The translations under genes were made by a program, and so were the position numbers. A stretch of DNA of 63,844 bases, counting the filler, from Octopus bimaculoides (Eukaryota), in assembly GCF_001194135.2 (NCBI RefSeq). It is 6 parts of 6 records of this genome, joined end to end, with 100 filler letters (N's around TTAATTAATTAA, not from the genome) between each part and the next. Parts side by side here need not be neighbours in the genome. Positions count along the whole stretch, not along the records: positions 40,124 to 56,430 come from NC_068993.1; positions 56,531 to 61,914 come from NC_068982.1; positions 62,015 to 63,844 come from NC_068985.1; 3 more parts are not named here. One strand, given 5' to 3'. The notes beneath the pieces are model-generated. The model did no database searches and was not told the origin of the DNA. It was given only the letters and a program-made list of their open reading frames with translations. Position 1 is the stretch's first letter; each line of letters starts with the position of its first letter. Shown here one piece after another: positions 50,380 to 62,369 of the stretch.

Positions 50380-51516
50380 CTTTTTAACCTTTTACTTTGT
50401 GATTTGTAATGCTTTTTCATTCACGTTGTTTCAAATTAATCATGCATTATCTCATAGACTTGAAACTTCAAGAAAGTGATTGGGGTCCGAAAAATGGGGT
50501 GGGGTGAGGTGGAAGTCTCAGAAATTTTGCCCCCCCCCCCTTGATATTTTCACCCACATGATTTTCACTAAGGAGAAAAAGGGCTTTCACCTCATGTCAC
50601 CCCGTTTTTCCGACCCCCAATCTAACCTAGTGCTAATGCTAGTCTACACACATCCGCCCACTACCGCTACCTGCTTAGTACATCTGCAACATCTGATGCC
50701 TGTTTTCTCAACATATTCACGTTGCTTTCATCTGGACTGCTACTTTCTTCTTAGGATTTTACCTTTATATCAAGAGATGCAGGCGTGGCTGTTTGACTGA
50801 GAAACTTGCTTCTCAACCAAGTGGTATTGGTTCAGTCCCACTGTACAGCAACTTGGACAAGTGTCTTCTTCTATGATTCTGGGCTGACCAAAGCTTGTGA
50901 GTGGACTGGTAGATGGGAACTAAAGAAACCCATCATACACACACACACACATACAAGTGTGTACATGTACCCTTGCCCTGACACCGTGTGATGGTTGTAA
51001 ACATCAGCATCATACTAGCAAGGTTGTTTGTTTCGTCTTCTTCGTAAAACGTTTAACTATGGAGAAATATTAGGTGAGGGTCAGTGACAGGAAGAGCAGC
51101 CAGCTGTAAAAAATATCCCTCAACAATTTCTGACTGACTTATGCAAGCATGGAAAAGTGAACATTAAATGATGATTATCATTATTAACCTGTAACAACTA
51201 GTTTACTAGGTGGCTTGTAGGAATCCCACTGGTTGACATCACAGCAAAGATGACAGCTGCTAAAGGCCTGATACTATACTGGATTGCTTGATACAGTATA
51301 CTTGCCTTCATTGTTATGAACCAAAGATCTGGGTTGTCAGTTAGCCAGCACTATAGCTTACCATTCCAGTGTATGGCATGGTTCAATGATTTTTATTGAC
51401 AAATCAAGGCAGTACTCATAGCTTATGGCTTGAGTTCCTGCTCTTGTTCTCTTTGGTATCCCTTCCAAGTTAAAGAGAAAATTATCCGAGATATTTTAAA
51501 ACTTCTTTCAACTACA

Positions 51517-51880
51517 GGCACAGGAGTGGCTGCGTGGTAAGTAGCTTGCTTACGAACCACATGGTTCTGGGTTCAGTCCCATTGCGTGGCACCTTGGGCA
51601 AGAGTCTTCTACTATAGCCTCAGGCCAACCAAAGCCTTGTGAGTGGATTTGGTAGACAGAAACTGAAAGAAGCCCGTGGTATATATGTATATATATGTAT
51701 GTGTGTGTATATGTTTGTGTCTGTGTTTGTCCCCCCAACATCACTTGATGCTGGCCTGTTTACATCCCCGTAACTTAGGCTTACAAAGAACAAGTCCTGG
51801 GGTCGATTTCCTCGACTAAAAAGCGGTGCTCCAGCATGGCCGCAGTCAAACGACTAAAACAAGTAAAAGAGAGTAAAAGA
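51517..51880 (+). mobile_element. SINE family A, near full length
   Basis: Colinear with 4719-5100; the tail is followed by (taaaaga)-like repeats. Confidence 0.9.
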
Positions 51881-52346
51881 TAAAGAGAGTACAAAATTTT
51901 TTTGAATTTTTTCTTTTACATTAATCTAATTTCTTTTCTTTACTAATGTAACTTATTTATTATTGATTTCTAGGGAAAAGAAAAAATGAATGCTATCTTC
52001 ATCATCAATATGCAAAAATACATATTTTGAAGATAATCAAGTGAAAATTTGCAACACTTTGGTTGAAAGAAATTTAACAAGATCCATTATCTCTACCCGA
52101 GCTGAATAATTGTTATGGAATTACATTTATCTTATCAGATTAACTTACTTCCAGTATTTCCCTGGCCCTTTGAGCTATGAATATGTAAAACTAAATTAGG
52201 AAGTAACCACCAGTTGCCACATGTTCTCAGAGCATACATGTACTGACCAACATCAACCACTGGACACACGTCTTTGTTTGAAAGACAAGCCATACCCACT
52301 GCTCTTTAAAGTCCTCTGGAGGACACCAAAATGATTTTTTCTCAAG

Positions 52347-52428
52347 GTACACAGATAAAAAGAGAGAGTCAACATTCACAGTTGAAATATACCCATTTAG
52401 ACATCAAAGCTAACACTTTCAGGTAAGT
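52347..52428 (+). other. Candidate plus-strand internal exon (ends at the donor CAG|GTAAGT, 52422/3)
   Basis: Consensus donor. Possible acceptors are ttttttctcaag (52346) or tactaat...gatttctag (51973). No homology was recognised. Confidence 0.3.
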
Positions 52429-52519
52429 CTTACTTCTATATTACCGCTTCATTAAATTTCTTCCAACCATTTGGAGTTTTTCAAATTTTCACCAGATAAT
52501 TTTCCAAAAATATAGTTCT

Positions 52520-52848
52520 CTCTTTTACTCGTATCAGTCATTTGACTGCGGCCATGCTGGAGCACTGCCTTTAGTAGAGAAAATCGACCCCAGGACATTT
52601 TTCTTTGTAAGCCTAGTACTTATTCTATCAGTCGTTTTTTGCTGAACCGCTAAGTTATGGGGACGTAAACACACCAGCATCGGTGGGGGGACAAACACAG
52701 ACACACATACTTACTACCAAATCCACTCGCAAGGCTTTGGTTGGCCCGAGGCTATAGTAGAAGACACTTGCCCAAGGTGCCACGCAGTGTGACTGAACCC
52801 GGAACCATGTGGTTAGTAAGCAAGCTACTTACCACACAGCCACTCCTG
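52520..52848 (-). mobile_element. SINE family A with internal deletion
   Basis: Colinear with family A; the TA/TG spacer and adjacent segment are missing. Confidence 0.85.
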
Positions 52849-53848
52849 TTCCCATAATTTTTTCTAGAAATTAGTAATAAATTACAAGCATTTAAAATTG
52901 CCATATTAGCCAATCAAATGCGTCTATTGTTGACACTATAATTTATGCTGATCTCCATTGCCATGCTGATGAGCATACATGAAATTCCATTTGGATACTA
53001 AGCCAAATATTTCATCAGGTCAGTCCTTTCCAGAGCTCTGTTTGCAAGGACTTGTCTTCATTGCTTTGTTCGGATGTTCAGTTTAATATCCATGTCTTCC
53101 TCATTTGTACTGCAAATATTTCTGCAGAAGAACATAGTACATCTATCCTCATTCATCACAGTTATTTTTTGTTGTAAAATACACTGTATTAAATGAATCC
53201 AGTAATAAACAAATGATAACAGAACAAAGGTGGAAAAGCAGATTTCGTTTTGAAACTTGTTGTCCTTAAGCATTATTGAAGAATCTCTGACCAAAGTTAT
53301 AACAGGTCATTTCGTGATAAGCATAACATATTATCCTGAATCAGTGAAGAATGAATCAGTGATAAACGGGGATAGATGTATACTTGAGCATAGAAAGTAT
53401 CAAGATCACATTTGCATATATTCCAGCATTTTACTATGTCTGTCGAGTTGCTGAGTTATTTTCCCTTAAAAAAAAAAGAAGAAAAAAAACCCCTTACTCT
53501 TAAACAAACATGGCTTCTCAGTACAATATAGTTAGTTTACTTAGAAAAGCGTTAACAGCTCAGCAATTTCAATCACTATCTCTTAAATATTCATTGAGAA
53601 AGTTTTCTGCTGTTTTACATATTTTTTGGATATATTTAATGTTCTGTTCTGCCTTGTACATCATGTTGAAATTTGTTGATTTTCTTTGTTGGTTTATTGT
53701 TGTAGAAGATCCCTTGAAGTTATTTAAAACAATTAACACCTCTCGTTAAGCAATGTCATATTTTCAATATTTTGACAACATACAAGACTGTAGAACAGTG
53801 GTTCCCAACCAGTGGCCATATAAGATTTTGCTGAGAAAAAATGTGCAA

Positions 53849-54590
53849 TAGGCGTAGGAGCGGCTGTGTGGTAAGTAGCTTGCTTACCAACCACGTGGTT
53901 CCGGGTTCAGTCCCACTGTGTGACATCTTGGGCAAGTTTCTTCTGCTATAGCCTCGGGCTGGCCAAAGCCTTGTGAGTGGATTTCGTAGACGGAAACTGA
54001 AAGAAGCCTGTTGTATATATGTATAAATATATGTATGTGTGTGTATATGTTTGTGTGTCTGTGTTTGTCCCCCTGGCATTGCTTGACAACCGATGCTGGT
54101 GTGTTTATGTCCCCGTAACTTAGTGGTTCGGCAAAAGAGACCGATAGAATAAGTACTAGGCTTACAAAGAATAAGTCTTGGGGTCGATTTGCTCGACTAA
54201 AGGCGGTGCTCTAGCATGGCCACAGTCAAATGACTGAAACTAGTAAAAGAGTAGAGTAATAGGCGCAGGAGTGGCTGTGTGGTAAGAAGCTTGCTTACCA
54301 ACCACGTGGTTCCGGGTTCAGTCCCACTGCATGGCACCTTGGGCAAGTGTCTTCTACTATAGTCTCGACGGGCTTCTTTTAGTATGCATATATTTGCGTG
54401 TCTGTGTTTGTTGCCCCACCATCTCTTGACAACCGATGTTGGTGTGTTTACATCCCTGTAACTTAGAAGTTCGGCAAAAAAGACCAATAGAATAAGTACT
54501 AGGCTTTCAAAGAATAAGTCCTGGGGCCGATTTGTTCGACCAAAGGCAGTGCTCCAGCATGGCCACAGTCAAATGACTGAAACATTTGAA
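53849..54590 (+). mobile_element. Two head-to-tail SINE family A copies
   Basis: Heads at ~53849 and ~54261; the second copy lacks the ccaaagccttgtgagtgg...ctgaaag segment. Confidence 0.88.
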
Positions 54591-55654
54591 TTGGTTATAC
54601 TTCTACATTCTTATTGGTTATACTTCTACATTCTAAAAGAATATGTTATACTTCTACAATACACATAAAATATAATAGGATTTTTTAAAACATGGAATAG
54701 TTATAAGGGTCCACTAGAGTAAAATAGGAATTAAAGGGGGTCAATAAGTAGAAAATAGTTAATCACTGCTGTAGAATATTAATCATGCTGCTATTTCTAG
54801 CGGGTCGAACGACACAGTGGGTCACACGACGATAAGGGTTATCTCCCATAATCTTGATGGAGTTGCGTCCCCTTGATTAGATCAATAGAGCGATGATATT
54901 TATATATCGTATTTTATGGCATATAAAGCCAACTTTCTTTTTAAAAATGTCTCAAGAAAGAAAAAAAAACCCTACCCAATAAGATTACCTTAAAATCTGC
55001 ATGTTTAGATTCACTAAAACTTCTTTTCCTGTCTATGCACTGTTGAAATAGGTTGTGCATCTAGTATGTGCTTGCGTCTTCATTTTACAATAATTTCCAC
55101 TCTCTATAGGGGGTCTCCCCTTCAGTAAATGCTTCGTTATTATTCTTAAACAGGCATAGCTCACACAAAATTCGTTGTGGCATATTTTTCTATGGCTGGA
55201 TGTCCTTTCTGTCGCCAACCCTCAATTGTTTCTAAACAAGTTATTTTTATATAATAGAATTGTTTCAATTAGAAATGCATTTTTTCTAAGATTGTTTACT
55301 CTACTCTTATGTTTTGAGTCTTATTTTAAGACTTAGTCTTTCTGCATGAAATCTGTGAAGTACTTTTTACTATACACGCAACCATCATCATTTTTATCTT
55401 CTTTTCAACATCCATCTTTCCATGCTTGCATGGGTCAAATGGAATTTGTTGAGGCAAACTTTGAAAGGCCAGATACCTTTCCTCTTGCTAAATCTCACTT
55501 GTTTTTGAGCAAAATAATATTGCTAAGAAATATTGGCTAGACATGTTTTTCACAGAAGATTAGAAATGAACATCATTTGTAAGACAGAGATGTTTGTTTG
55601 CAACCATCAGATGACGTCAAGACAGGAGTGCAAGTGTGCATACGTGCACACAAT

Positions 55655-56530
55655 GTGCTTCTTTCAGTTTCCCTCTACCAAATCTGCTCATAAGGCTTTG
55701 GTTGGCCTGAGGCTATAGTAGAAGACACTTGCCCAAGGTGCCATACAATGGGACCAAACCCAGAACCATATGGTCGGGTATCACACTTCTTAGCACATAC
55801 ACATTTAAACAGGTTTCCACACAGTTTCCATCCATCAAATTCACTTACAAGGCATTGATAGGATTGGGACTTTAGCAGATGACACTTACCCAAAGTGCTG
55901 CACAGTGGAACAGAACCTGAAACCAAGAGGTTGGAAAGTGAGCTTTTTTAACCACACAGCCATGCTTGCACCTATGTTCACACACACACACACACACCAA
56001 TGAAGTGAAATCACGAGTTGAATCGTGTTTTGACTTCTCAATTTTTTTCTTTCAGAAATAAAAGGCAGAATAAAAGAGGCAAAATAAATAAATAAATAAA
56101 TACTCTCAAGTCAACAGAATTTATTCACAGAATATATTACAGTACGTCAGTCTTTTAAGAACAAGGATGTAAGATTTGAATTTTTTGTTTCTTTACTTTT
56201 TTTTTTTTCCATAATTATCTTTTTTGGAATGGCCCAGAATTTTCTAGGCATGTTCTTACACTATTTCATTTGTGTTAATTTTTTTCATCTTCCATTTTGC
56301 TACCATGTTTGAAGAGAGGCAGACATAAACCATTCTAGGGACAACAAGGTGTTACACGTCCAGGTGTTTCTGGTCATATTTTCATTTGGTCTTTTAAATT
56401 GTGGAAGATCTTTTGTTGTGCACTAGTTAANNNNNNNNNNNNNNNNNNNNNNNNNNNNNNNNNNNNNNNNNNNNTTAATTAATTAANNNNNNNNNNNNNN
56501 NNNNNNNNNNNNNNNNNNNNNNNNNNNNNN

Positions 56531-56578
<48 letters not shown>

Positions 56579-56935
56579 CACATACATATATATGATGGGC
56601 TTGTTTCAGTTTCTGTCTCCCAAATCCACTCACAAGGCTTTGGTCAGCCCAGATGACACTTGCTCAAGGTGTTACATAGTGGGACTGAACCTAGAATCAT
56701 GTGGCTGGGAAGCAAGCTTTGTACCACACAGCCATATCTGTGTTCATAAGTAATTCTGTTAAGCATTCTGCTTGGGCTTCCACATAGTTTTCCATCTACC
56801 AAATTCACTCACAAAACATTGGTAGGCCAGGGACTAGACTATAATAGAAGACAGTTGCCCTAGGTGCTGCACAATGGGGATGAACCTCAAATCACTTAGT
56901 TGTAAAAGCAAGCTTCTTCACCACACAACCATGCC
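55655..56935 (-). mobile_element. Old, CpG-decayed SINE family A 5' halves arranged as two doublets (55655-55975 and 56595-56935)
   Basis: Each doublet has two successive cagtttcc.tctaccaaat...gacacttgccc...accacacagccat segments. Confidence 0.7.
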
Positions 56936-58798
56936 TCTGAAATATTTCACAATATAACAGTTACAGCAACTGAGATGGAGTGATGATGTTCATGCTCTTC
57001 CCAAGTGAATTAGGAAAATAAGATAGTTCCAATTGGAAATCAATACCTGGCTGTAAACTTATCACTAATCTTAACATAATATTGATTTCTTATTCTTTTT
57101 TTTTTATTTATAAGTTAGATGTGCAATTCTCAAATATTTTTGGTCCATTGCCATTTCAGCTTTACATATCATCCTTTAGTGCCATTACCCCTCACCATTA
57201 TCCAAAACAGTTGTACAACTCTATACAAGGACATTTCAAGGAGACACTTCACTGAACTCAATGCCTCCTTAAAAATATCTTCATTCATGACAAACCCTTA
57301 AATAATAGTAATGTCACCTGATAGGCAGGGCCATTTAAAGAGAATTATGGAGTCCTACCCGACTTCAGACATAGCAATACATGGAGACCCCTTACATACA
57401 CAACAATAAAGGTAATGACAAACCATAGAACAATGTTCTTGTCAACATCCTTCACTGTAACCATTGTATTTTGGAAAAAGAATGCCCAGAGGCCCCTTAC
57501 ATAAACAGTAGCAACATAAATAGATTGGGCCCCTAGACACATGAGACTCCTAGGCAACTGCTGAGTCTGTCCATGCCTTAAGATGGTACAGCTAATAGGT
57601 AATAACAACCACTTTGAGGACTTCTTATTTAACTGGAGGAGCAGAAGCAGTGTCCATAGCTATTTCACTCCCTTCTAAAGAGATAGTGATGTGTGATATT
57701 TTGGTCAAATGTCTTCTACTACATTCTCAGGTTGACCAGAGCCTTGTGAGTGAAACTTGGTTGAGAGTGAAATTGTATGGAAGCCCATCAGAAGAGTCAG
57801 TTTTGTTCTTGAGCTATACATTGTCTAGTTTAACATCACCACCTAACTTGAGAGGTCCTTTTTTTATTGTCTAGTCAGGGAAAGAAGGCAATACTTATGA
57901 TCCATTATTATTTTCCAGAACCTCTGAAACTGATGGGAGGATGGAAGGATGGAAGGATGGAAGGAAAGAAGGAAGGAAGGGAGGAAGAGAGGAGGGAAGG
58001 AAGGAAGTTACCTTCAACAACAATATCCAATAAATAATAAAAAAGTTAAAATCCCAGTTGTGTGCCCTATGGTTGTCTTAAGTTTTGTGGAGACAGCAGC
58101 TGATTGGAGCTAGAGAATTTTCCTTCTTTGATGAAAGGTATTTTAGGAATGTTATGTGTGCCTGCATCAAGACTTAGCCCTAATGCATAAAGCAGATATA
58201 ACTATACAAAAGACACTCAAACATCAAGTAGTGTTGTTAAACTAGAGGAGAAATTGAGTCTACCACATAAGAACTCAAGACTGTTAAAACAAGATTCAGA
58301 AGAATCCCTGTCGAATGTCTCTAAAAGTTCTGCTAAGTTAACACCATGGACTAGTATTTTAGTTTATCAACACTCAAAACAGGAAAGCACATGGCCTAGT
58401 GGTTAGGATGTTGCACTCATAATCACAAGATCATGATTTCGATTCTTGGATCATGCAAAACACTTCATTTTACTTATTTACTCAGCTGTAAAGGAGTAAC
58501 CCTACGATGGACTGACATCTCATTCAGGGTGAATTTTGTAATCTTGGCCATACATACAACATGGAAATCAGGTAGCCAGTTCTGTGAGTCCTAAGACTCA
58601 AGAAAGTAATGTCCAGGAGTTGATGATGATTAAAAGAATGAAAACAAAGTTGACCTCAGTGGAATTTGAGCTCAGCATTCAAAGAATCAGAGTAAATACT
58701 AAGGTATTTCACCCTGTGTTCCACTGACTGCTGATTCACCACCTTAGAGGAATATGTTCTGATGAAATCATTCGTATCAGGCTTCTGATGTTCTAGTG

Positions 58799-59096
58799 CA
58801 GGGGTTTTCAAACTTTTTGACTTGCGGACCCCTTTATATTTCAGGCTTTACCTTAGGGACCCCCTTATAAACGCTTATGAAATGTATAGATAAATATTTG
58901 CTTAAAATAACATATATTTTTACATTTATTTATTTAACAGTATTTAACAAATAGGTTTATTGTCAATTAAAAGATTTCCATCAAAAAAACATATATAAAA
59001 TCAAATTGCCCATAAAAAGTATTTGCTGTCCACAGACCCCCTGTTTTGTCCTTGCGGACCCCCTGTGGTCCGCGGACCACAGTTTGAAAACCCCTG
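58799..59096. mobile_element. hAT (Charlie-like) MITE, 298 bp
   Basis: Perfect 16-bp TIRs CAGGGGTTTTCAAACT / AGTTTGAAAACCCCTG and a perfect 8-bp TSD TTCTAGTG (58791-98, 59097-104). Confidence 0.95.
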
Positions 59097-59604
59097 TTCT
59101 AGTGCATCTCCCTCACTATCCTCCAGGGCAACGCCTTTTCCATTTTGTCTGTTGGTACCATGAGAAATGTTTCTATACTGTGAGATGCAAGATGCTCTAT
59201 TAATCCTCCTATTTTGACTCAAACCACCTTTTTATAACCTTTTTAAAAGTTTTAACTTCAAGATAGCTTTCTTCCTCTAGTCTCAGGGACCCTGGTAAAG
59301 ATCATAGCTATTGCCCCTCCTCCTTTGACTAACTCATGGACATAAATAGATAAAATAACAAATGAACAAACTGGGTCATATTCTTAGAGTTTGTATTTAA
59401 GTTGAACCCATGTATGGTTAAGCAATTTAGTTTGAAATGATGCGGTTACAGGTTTTGTCCCTTTGCACAGTACTTTGCAAAAATGCCTTCTGTTACAGCA
59501 CCAAGCCAACCAATTTGTTGTGAGCAAAACTGTGCAGAGGCTCATTATACGTTTGTGTGTCTTGTGTGTATGTGTGTGTGCATGCACAGTGTATAATGTA
59601 AAAA

Positions 59605-59955
59605 GGGTAAAGGTCCCCTTTGGTCATGAACGACCATGGGATTGTACCTAGATAGTTCCCCTGTGAGGCACAAGACCGGGCAAGATTGTTTATGGAAGAC
59701 CAGCAGTCGCTCATGCATACCAGTCTCCCCTCTCCAGCAGTCGCTCATGTATACCAGTATTCCCTCTCCAAGAGAAAAGCAAAGGCCAATATAGCTTGGC
59801 ACCAGTGATGTTAGAACTCATTTCTACAGCTGAGTGAACTGGAGCAATGTGAAATAAAGTGTCTTGCTCAAAATCACAACACAGCCCAGTCTGGGAATCA
59901 AACTCACTACCTTATGATTGTGAGCTTGACGCTCTAACCACTGAGACATATGCCT
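59605..59955 (-). mobile_element. SINE family C, near full length
   Basis: tRNA-like head (tctcagtggttagagcg...gagtttgattcccagact), central cactcagctgtagaaatgag, and a short internal duplication at ~59700-59765. Confidence 0.8.
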
Positions 59956-60193
59956 TCACTAGTGTATATATAAGCATATATGTGTTTATGGTTGTCTCTT
60001 ACTACTTGGTAACCAGTGTAAGGTTTGTTTACATCCTTAAAATATCCGAATTTTGGTAAAAAGTGAAATCTATAGAATAAAAAACTAGACAGAAGTTGAG
60101 TTAAGTGACTAAAATACCTTTTTAGACAATGCTACAGCATTGAACAGTCCAATGACTGAAGCAAGTAAACGAATGAATAAACAAAGGAAGATT

Positions 60194-60262
<69 letters not shown>
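60194..60262. repeat. (GA)n microsatellite
   Basis: Directly visible. Confidence 0.98.
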
Positions 60263-60266
<4 letters not shown>

Positions 60267-60452
60267 TGTGTAGAATAATGGGCAAGAAGAGACAGTCAAA
60301 TGAATAAAACAAGCCAGAGATTTATAGAGGAGAACTGAGATTGTGTGACATTCATTCTTTCCCTATGTATAATTAGCAGTGAAAATGAAATAAAATGGCT
60401 TCAAATAAAGTTGAAAACCCAAGCTGATTACTTACCTTGCTGGAAGCTTACC

Positions 60453-60714
60453 TTAACCCCTCCATTTATTAGTTTTGTTAAAATACATCGCATTTGTTTC
60501 AATTAATTTTGAAAATAATACTAGTACTGTTAGTAAAGAAAGTTTGTTATCATAAAGTTGGTATCTGGGTCATGAATTAACACGAAATGTTAATTTGATC
60601 CGAACGTTTAATTAAAACATGAAAGTTTAAACTTAAATCACTTCACATTGAAATAGAAAGATAGCACCATAAAACCAAAGCCACTCTCTGGTGGGTCGGT
60701 ATCAAAAGGGTCAA
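60453..60714. mobile_element. Possible piggyBac-like MITE
   Basis: Begins ttaacccc and ends ggtatcaaaagggtcaa (TTAA-CCC...GGG-TTAA-like); the TIRs are poorly matched. Confidence 0.4.
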
Positions 60715-60869
60715 TTCTTTAGAGCAGGATATAAAGACAGCTCTATATTTAGTATGTTTGTGATATCATTCTTTTGCCTGTTGTGTTTTGTTTGTTTCAG
60801 TCATTGAACTGTGGCCATGCTGTGGCACTTCCTTGAAGGGTTTTAACTGAACAAATCGACCCAGGTACT

Positions 60870-61790
60870 TATGCGTATATGGGTACAGGACGTCACAAAA
60901 CGTAAACAACATGAAATACAAAAACATGAAATATGAAGGCAAACTTGGGTATGCGAACGAGAGAAACAAATGGAAAACAAGACAAGTAACCTAAAGAATG
61001 GTCCTTCGTCAGTTGTCAGCTCTTCATCTAATCCACATTTTGAGCAATTAATGACAATATGAGGCTTCAAAAAACAGTTGCTCCCACAAACCAAAATAAA
61101 ATTTGGGATTTGCGGAGGGTCAAAGCTGGTAACAAAAACAGGACAGTGGAGACACACAACAAACCATGGAGGGCTGTTAGGCTAGATGAGGTAAGGTAGC
61201 GAATGGTGGAGGAATATTCTTTGACAAGATAAAAGATAGAGGAGGAGACAAATAAGAATGCATCTGGTCTGTGCGACAGATTGAAGGAAAAGAAAGATGA
61301 TCATATGAGGAAAGGAAAGATGGATGATGGTCACATGTGAGCAATGAGAGAAGGTAAAGGAGGAAGAGGGAGAGAGAGCGATAGAGAGATAGAAAATGGT
61401 GAAGGGGGGAAAAAAGGATGAGAGAAAGGATGAGAGAAAAGACAACGAAAGGGGGAGAAGGGGAGAAAAATAGAATTAGGGAAAGGAAGAGAGAGAAAAT
61501 GAAAGGGGGAGAGAGAGAACAGTACAGGGTAGAGTTGCATCAAAATTATTAAGNNNNNNNNNNATATATGCATATATACATACATATATGTACATACTTA
61601 CATATATGTGTGTGCATATATATATATATATATATGCATATATGGGTACAGGACATCACAAAATGTAAACAACATGAAATATAAAGGCAAACTTGAGTAT
61701 GTGAACAACGAGAAAAACAAATGGAAAACAGGACAAGTAACATAAAGAACGACCCTTCGTCAGTTGTCAACTGTTCATCTACTCCATATT
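60870..61790 (-). repeat. Two related ~170-290-bp repeats (60870-61160 and 61620-61790), possibly Penelope-like terminal remnants
   Basis: Shared gcatatatgggtacaggac.tcacaaaa.gtaaacaacatgaaata...acaagtaac.taaagaa...ccttcgtcagttgtca.ct.ttcatcta.tcca. Confidence 0.6.
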
Positions 61791-61865
61791 TATACATATA
61801 TATGTAAGTATGTACATATATGTATATATGCACATATATATATATATTATTCGTATCTATATCTA

Positions 61866-61908
<43 letters not shown>

Positions 61909-62014
61909 ATATATNNNNNNNNNNNNNNNNNNNNNNNNNNNNNNNNNNNNNNNNNNNNTTAATTAATTAANNNNNNNNNNNNNNNNNNNNNNNNNNNNNN
62001 NNNNNNNNNNNNNN

Positions 62015-62061
<47 letters not shown>

Positions 62062-62328
62062 GTACACACAAACACACACATACACATATATACACATACA
62101 CACATATACACATACATATTCATACATAAACACACATACACGCATACATACATATATACATACACACACATACATATAGAAATATATACTTACATACAGA
62201 ACCTAATAACGCATACATATGGGTTTATACAAATACATNNNNNNNNNNGAAATATATACTTACATACAGAACCTAATAACGCATACATATGGGTTTATAC
62301 AAATACATACACAATTATATATGCTTAC

Positions 62329-62369
<41 letters not shown>

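Noticed and set aside
51517-51600. tRNA genes at SINE heads
   Set aside because: A/B-box-like motifs are present, but no complete cloverleaf was seen and each continues into a SINE body.
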